Shown in pieces: positions 58,996-64,000 of a stretch of 64,000 bases of DNA. Within the stretch, counting starts at the first letter, position 1. Each line of letters begins with the position of its first letter. Position numbers and translations under genes: made by a program. The notes beneath the pieces were generated by a model, which made no database searches, had not been told where the DNA came from, and saw nothing but the letters and a program-made list of their open reading frames with translations. The stretch comes from an uncultured Chloroflexia bacterium (GTDB lineage: Bacteria; Chloroflexota; Anaerolineae; Anaerolineales; UBA4823), in the NCBI GenBank assembly GCA_963827155.1, contig CAWGZV010000002.1, positions 2,759,294 through 2,823,293 on the forward strand, in the 5' to 3' direction.

Positions 58996-59615
58996 CGCCA
59001 GATGATAGCCTTTTGAAGGTCGCAGAAGAAGTCACCATCTGCACACGCTGTTCGCTTCATCAATCACGGAAACGGTCTGTTCCTGGAGAGGGACCTTCGA
59101 AAGCCGACATTATGTTAATTGGCGAAGGGCCAGGATTTCACGAAAATGAACAAGGTCGTCCGTTCGTTGGCGCGGCAGGCAAATATTTAGAAGAGCTCCT
59201 GGCTGGAATCGGGATGAAACGAACGGATGTTTATATCACTAATGTGGTCAAATGCCGTCCACCAGGCAATCGGGATCCTGAGCTCAGCGAGATTCAAGCA
59301 TGTGGAGGGTATCTCGACCGCCAAGTGGAGGCGATCAATCCGAAGGTGATCGTTACGCTAGGACGCTTTTCTATGGCGCGTTATTTGCCGAACGCCAGAA
59401 TTAGCTCTGTTCATGGACGCGCAACCAGAGTTAATGGAAGGCTGGTAGTAGCAATGTACCACCCTGCCGCCGCCCTGCATCAGCCATCGCTAAAATCTGC
59501 GATTGAGCAGGATTTTTCTCATTTACCTGAATTTATCAACCAGACTGCGCAGACCGCCGAGACACAGAAGCCTCCTAGCGACAACCCTGAGCCAAAGCAG
59601 CTCTCGTTATTTTAG
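58992..59615 (+). CDS. Uracil-DNA glycosylase, family 4
   Basis: N-terminal Cys cluster C..C, GEGPGFHENEQGRPFVGAAG, HPAAAL. Confidence 0.9.
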   Translation: MTPDDSLLKVAEEVTICTRCSLHQSRKRSVPGEGPSKADIMLIGEGPGFHENEQGRPFVGAAGKYLEELLAGIGMKRTDVYITNVVKCRPPGNRDPELSEIQACGGYLDRQVEAINPKVIVTLGRFSMARYLPNARISSVHGRATRVNGRLVVAMYHPAAALHQPSLKSAIEQDFSHLPEFINQTAQTAETQKPPSDNPEPKQLSLF

Positions 59616-59635
59616 GCGACTGACCAACAATCTCC

Positions 59636-60526
59636 ATGATGAACCCGCTCAAGAATCTATACAACCAGCTACCGTCCAGGTTTCGGGGCAGCTTCCGGCG
59701 CCTTATTCCTGCCTCATTCCTGCGCAGGTATGCGCACCGAAACACAGATGTTTACTTGATCTCTTACCCAAAGTGCGGGCGAACGTGGCTTCGATTAATG
59801 GTTGGTAAAGCGATCGCTTTGCATTATGGTCTACCCGAAACGGAGGATCTGCTGTTTATCCATTGGAAGTCGCGCCCGCATCCATCCGTTCCACATATTA
59901 CGGTAATTCATGAGGATCGACCCATGCTCAAGACTCCAGCTGAGCTTGAGACTTCTAAGAGCCGATTTCGGGATAAACTGGTGATCTTCCTGGCGCGCGA
60001 TCCAAGGGACGTAATCGTTTCCAGCTATTTCGAGATGAAAAACCGCGGGCAGCTCTTTGGAGACAACCCGTATGAAGACCGAAAACCGGTCTTCTCTGGA
60101 AGCTTGCAGGAGTTTATTACCAGAGAGCAAGGCGGTTTCTCCACCATTCTTCGGTACTACAATATCTGGGCAGAAAACCGAGAAGTGCCGCGCGGCTTCC
60201 TGCTAATTCGCTATGAAGACCTGAAAATCTATCCTCTCGGGCAACTTCGAAAGTTCGTTGATTTCATTGGATTAACTGCTATCTCGGACCAAAACTTGTC
60301 GGAGGCAGTTGAATTTGCATCTTTCGAAAATATGCGCAAAATGGAATCCGAAGCAATATTTACCAGCGGAATGCTGCGACCCGCCAATGCCGATGACCGA
60401 GAAAGCTATAAAACTCGAAAGGGTAAGGTCCGCGGTTATTTGGAATATTTAAACGATGAAGAGATCAGGTATTTAGACAGGCAGATTCAGGATAATCTTT
60501 CCCCGTTTTTCGGGTACACTGCTTGA
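59636..60526 (+). CDS. PAPS-dependent sulfotransferase
   Basis: 5'-PSB-like YPKCGRTW and 3'-PB-like ARDPRDVIVSSY motifs. 296 aa. Confidence 0.8.
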   Translation: MMNPLKNLYNQLPSRFRGSFRRLIPASFLRRYAHRNTDVYLISYPKCGRTWLRLMVGKAIALHYGLPETEDLLFIHWKSRPHPSVPHITVIHEDRPMLKTPAELETSKSRFRDKLVIFLARDPRDVIVSSYFEMKNRGQLFGDNPYEDRKPVFSGSLQEFITREQGGFSTILRYYNIWAENREVPRGFLLIRYEDLKIYPLGQLRKFVDFIGLTAISDQNLSEAVEFASFENMRKMESEAIFTSGMLRPANADDRESYKTRKGKVRGYLEYLNDEEIRYLDRQIQDNLSPFFGYTA

Positions 60527-61884
60527 AAAATATTATCACCAAGACAGAATGGATTGAGAGAATGACTGAAAATGGAAAAGAAACTTTAATAGCCAAATTG
60601 AAGGACCGAACTGCTCGCATCTCGGTGCTGGGTTTAGGCTATGTTGGTCTGCCACTCGCGGTGGCGTTTGCAGAAGCTGGTTATCGGGTACATGGCGTCG
60701 ATCCCGACAGTCGGAAAATCGAGACACTACAGCGGGGCGAAAGCCATATCCAAGATGTTCCCAGTGAACAGATCGCACGCCTGGTAAAATCGGGCAACCT
60801 GGAATCCAGCACTGACTTTTCAAGCCTGGCTGAAGCTGACGCGGTCAGCATTTGTGTTCCGACTCCATTACGAAAAACTGGCGATCCAGACCTTTCTTAT
60901 ATTCTCAACGCCACCGAATCCCTTGGAAAATATATGCACCCCAATATGGTAGTGGTGCTCGAATCAACCACTTATCCTGGCACGACGCGCGAGATCCTGC
61001 TGCCTCAGCTCGGCGAGCAGAAAGGGCTCAGCGCCGGAGAGGACTTTTTCCTGGCTTTCTCACCAGAACGAGTCGATCCAGGCCGCAAAGATTGGACAAC
61101 TCTCAACACGCCAAAAGTGATCGGCGGGATCACACTCGCATGTTCGGAGGTCGCCGCCACCTGGTATCGCCAGGCGTTAAAGAGCGTCGTCGAAGTAACC
61201 TCAGCGGAAGTGGCAGAGATGGCTAAGCTGCTCGAAAACACTTTTCGGATGATCAATATTGGGTTGGTCAACGAAATGGCGATGATGTGCGAGAAGTTGG
61301 GGGTGGACGTGTGGGAGGTGATCGATGCTGCGGCTACCAAACCCTTTGGATTTATGAAATTCACCCCGGGACCTGGGCTTGGCGGACACTGCATCCCGAT
61401 TGATCCACTCTATCTCTCCTGGAAGCTGCGGGCCTTGAATTACACCGCTCGTTTTATCGAGCTTGCATCGGAGATCAACACCGGTATGCCGCGCTATGTG
61501 GTTGGAAAAGTGCAGGATGCATTGAACGAGCGATCTAAGGCCCTTAAAGGCAGTCGGGTGCTCGTATTAGGTGTGGCATACAAACCTGATATCGACGATC
61601 TGCGCGAATCGCCGGCCCTGGATGTGATGGGGCTTCTGGAGCAAAAAGGGGCATTGGTTCAATACCACGACCCCTATATTCCCAGCGTATATCATGATGG
61701 CATAGGAAAAGACAGCGTGACGGAACTTATGGAGGTCGTGCGTTCATCGGATTGCGTAGTCATTGTGACCAATCACAGCAGTTACGATTATCCTGAATTG
61801 CTGAAGAACGCCAGTCTGATCGTCGATACTCGCAATGCGATTGGTGCAGTTGGCCGCGACAACCCTAAAGTTGTCCGATTGTAG
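60523..61884 (+). CDS. Nucleotide-sugar 6-dehydrogenase (UDP-GlcNAc/ManNAc dehydrogenase family)
   Basis: Rossmann VLGLGYVGLP, catalytic Cys GLGGHCIPID. TTG 60523 overlaps the upstream stop; alternative ATG at 60562. Confidence 0.88.
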   Translation: MKNIITKTEWIERMTENGKETLIAKLKDRTARISVLGLGYVGLPLAVAFAEAGYRVHGVDPDSRKIETLQRGESHIQDVPSEQIARLVKSGNLESSTDFSSLAEADAVSICVPTPLRKTGDPDLSYILNATESLGKYMHPNMVVVLESTTYPGTTREILLPQLGEQKGLSAGEDFFLAFSPERVDPGRKDWTTLNTPKVIGGITLACSEVAATWYRQALKSVVEVTSAEVAEMAKLLENTFRMINIGLVNEMAMMCEKLGVDVWEVIDAAATKPFGFMKFTPGPGLGGHCIPIDPLYLSWKLRALNYTARFIELASEINTGMPRYVVGKVQDALNERSKALKGSRVLVLGVAYKPDIDDLRESPALDVMGLLEQKGALVQYHDPYIPSVYHDGIGKDSVTELMEVVRSSDCVVIVTNHSSYDYPELLKNASLIVDTRNAIGAVGRDNPKVVRL

Positions 61885-61902
61885 AGGTCGAGCGAGGGAA
61901 AT

Positions 61903-62886
61903 ATGGCAAATTATCTGGTCACTGGTGCCGCCGGATTCATAGGCGCCCGAGTATCCGGGATGCTGCTGGATGCAGGTCACCGCGTGATAGGATGCGATAA
62001 CCTGAATAATGCCTATGACGTGCGAGTCAAGCACTGGCGCTTAGGCAAGCTAACGTCTCGCCCAGAATTTAAATTCCTGAATATCGATATCAGCAACCGA
62101 GGCGAGCTTGAGCAGATCAATTCTGCCGGCGAAAGCGAGCCGGTGGATGCGATTATCAACTTGGCTGCCCGAGCAGGCGTTCGACAATCGGTACAAGATC
62201 CCTGGGTTTATTATGAAACCAATTTAACAGGCACATTGAATCTGCTTGATTACAGCCGTGAACATGCCATCCCAAAATTTGTGCTGGCCTCCACTTCCAG
62301 CGTATATGGGAGTAATGCTCCGCTGCCGACACCCGAAAATTCCAGCAGCGATTTCCCTCTGCAGCCTTATGCTGCCAGCAAGAAAGCTGCCGAAGCCCTT
62401 TGCCATGCTTACCATTTTCTTCATAAAATCGATGTAACCGTGTTCCGATACTTCACGGTTTACGGACCAGCCGGTCGACCGGACATGTCGATGTTTCGTT
62501 TCACGCAATGGATTCGTGAAGGAAAGCCCCTTAAATTGAACGGCGATGGAGAGCAATCACGCGGGTTCACATATATCGACGATATCGCCCGAGGTACAAT
62601 CCTGGGGTTAAAACCCCTCGGTTTTCAGATCATCAATCTCGGCGGGCATGAGACCATAACGATCAATAATCTTATCCACCTGCTCGAAGAAAGGATCGGC
62701 AAGCAGGCTCAAATCCAGCATTTACCTGCCGACCCCGCAGATATGTTGGCAAACTGGGCAAACGTTCAGAAGGCAAGTGAATTATTAGGATGGGAGCCGC
62801 AAGTCTCTTTGAAAGAAGGTCTTTCGCAGTTGGTCGATTGGTATGAAGGCGAGCGAGAATGGGCAAGCCAGATTGCCACCACGTGA
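61903..62886 (+). CDS. NAD-dependent epimerase (UDP-glucuronate 4-epimerase-like SDR)
   Basis: VTGAAGFIG, catalytic YAASK. 327 aa. Confidence 0.88.
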   Translation: MANYLVTGAAGFIGARVSGMLLDAGHRVIGCDNLNNAYDVRVKHWRLGKLTSRPEFKFLNIDISNRGELEQINSAGESEPVDAIINLAARAGVRQSVQDPWVYYETNLTGTLNLLDYSREHAIPKFVLASTSSVYGSNAPLPTPENSSSDFPLQPYAASKKAAEALCHAYHFLHKIDVTVFRYFTVYGPAGRPDMSMFRFTQWIREGKPLKLNGDGEQSRGFTYIDDIARGTILGLKPLGFQIINLGGHETITINNLIHLLEERIGKQAQIQHLPADPADMLANWANVQKASELLGWEPQVSLKEGLSQLVDWYEGEREWASQIATT

Positions 62887-62965
62887 AAACGACACCTATT
62901 TATGAAATGAGCGGAAACAGGCGCATAAAGCTCGTTGATCCACCAGAACATACCGACAGTGCTGC

Positions 62966-64000
62966 ATGAAGCCAAATGGATTTGAAAATTGGCTTGATCG
63001 GTTGCTGAGCAGGCTGTTTAAAAACGATCTCATCCGCCGGATGTTTAAAAACTCCGGCTATCTTTTCAGCACAACCGGAATATCTGCGATCGCCAGCATG
63101 TTCCAAGGCATCTTGAGTGCCAGGCTGCTTGGCGCTTCTGGCTTCGGGATCCTTGGCACGATTACACTTTTCACCAGCGTAATTAATAATTTCGTCTCCT
63201 TTCGAATGGGTGAGCTCGTTGTCAAGTATGTTGGGCTCTATACCGAGCGCGGGGACAACCGTTCCGCAGCAGCTGTGTATAAGGTGGCAGCGCTCTTCGA
63301 GATGCTGGCATCGATCGTGGCGTTTGGGTTGATCGTTCTGCTTGCTCCAATCGGAGCGAAGTATTTCGCTAAAGATCCAGAAATGGCGCAGATGTTCGTT
63401 CTCTACGGTCTGGTCGTCCTCGCTAATCTGATTGCCGAAAGCTCGACAGGTTTGCTGCAAATTTTCGATCGCTTTGGAAGGCTGGCCGGTTTGGGCGTTA
63501 TTCAAAGCCTGACAACATTAGCTTTGATTATCATTACTTATTTACTTGGGGGCGATTTGGCGGGGATATTGATTGCATATCTTGCTGGAAAGGCTTTAGG
63601 AGCAATAACCATCTCTTCTTTCGCAATCTTGGAAGCCAATCACCGATGGGGACCTGCCTGGTGGCGGACTCCTATCCGCACTTTGAGCCCCAGCTTCCCG
63701 GAATTGGCTCGCTTCGCGGTCAGCACCAACCTCAGTGCTACGATCAGTTTGGTCACCAAGGACAGCGAGTTATTATGGGTGTCTCTCCTTCGAGGTCCAA
63801 CCGAAGCTGGATATTATAAACTGGCGCTAGCGCTCGGCAATATGGTGCAGATGCCGGTTGATCCCCTGCCGCAAGCAACATATCCTGAGCTTTCCAGACA
63901 GGTTGCGCACCATGAATGGAGCAGCGTGCGCTACATTCTTTTACAGGGATCTCGAATGGCTGGTATTTATTCATTGATTGCTGCGGCTTTCTTGATTATT
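62966..64000 (+). CDS. Polysaccharide flippase (Wzx/MOP family), 3' end beyond window
   Basis: Absent from the ORF track (no stop in window). ATG 62966 opens a continuous polytopic membrane ORF: MKPNGFENWLDRLL..SGYLFSTTGISAIASMFQGILSARLLG... Confidence 0.75.
   Translation, partial: MKPNGFENWLDRLLSRLFKNDLIRRMFKNSGYLFSTTGISAIASMFQGILSARLLGASGFGILGTITLFTSVINNFVSFRMGELVVKYVGLYTERGDNRSAAAVYKVAALFEMLASIVAFGLIVLLAPIGAKYFAKDPEMAQMFVLYGLVVLANLIAESSTGLLQIFDRFGRLAGLGVIQSLTTLALIIITYLLGGDLAGILIAYLAGKALGAITISSFAILEANHRWGPAWWRTPIRTLSPSFPELARFAVSTNLSATISLVTKDSELLWVSLLRGPTEAGYYKLALALGNMVQMPVDPLPQATYPELSRQVAHHEWSSVRYILLQGSRMAGIYSLIAAAFLII

Overview
64-kb bacterial chromosomal window, gene-dense, with about 60 protein genes and 3 tRNAs (Gln-UUG, Arg-CCU, Pro-UGG). 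I saw no rRNA, CRISPR array, transposase, integrase or prophage genes. Domain architectures suggest a Chloroflexota/Anaerolineae-like organism, but that is inference only.

Layout:
- 1-13.8 kb (minus strand): glmU (partial), tRNA-Gln, then a 12.5-kb co-directional array holding two paralogous peptide/nickel-type ABC importers. An ECF sigma factor, a small ORF and a membrane c-type cytochrome sit between them.
- 14-18 kb: rsgA, mrdA (PBP2), maf.
- 18-23.6 kb: a membrane FHA/vWA protein, a PP2C phosphatase and a 780-aa pseudo-phosphatase/beta-propeller protein. This is a kinase-less phospho-signalling module.
- 23.7-29.2 kb: CelD-like GNAT, an AmmeMemoRadiSam-type radical SAM enzyme, mobA, an acyltransferase-3 and a class V aminotransferase.
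- 29.6-37.5 kb: tRNA-Arg, sdhCDAB, a Bacillus-type qcrABC menaquinol:cytochrome c reductase, and icd.
- 37.6-46.3 kb: P-type ATPase, corA, rnhB, a GT2, a NERD-like membrane protein with a small partner, tRNA-Pro, a methyltransferase, and a bacterial Vms1/VLRF1-like eRF1-fold protein.
- 46.5-53.8 kb: a pseudo-receiver/GAF protein, two GAF-PAS histidine kinases, and Nth-like, asparaginase-II-like and MBL-like genes.
- 53.9-64 kb: holB, pcrA/uvrD, tsaE-tsaB-rimI-UDG4, then a glycan locus of sulfotransferase, sugar dehydrogenase, epimerase and flippase (partial).

Major caveat: at least 14 conserved genes are broken by +/-1 frameshifts, mostly at short homopolymer runs, and tRNA-Gln has an 8-nt T-loop. 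This looks like indel-type sequencing error rather than real gene decay. These genes are typed pseudogene because the sequence as given cannot encode the intact protein.

Most noteworthy observations: the FHA/vWA-PP2C-pseudophosphatase module, the Vms1-like release-factor homologue, the pseudo-receiver regulator, recurrent TGCTAYAAT extended -10 elements placed 6-8 nt from start codons (leaderless genes), CRP/FNR-type palindromes in front of sdh and icd, and a sulfotransferase-containing glycan locus.
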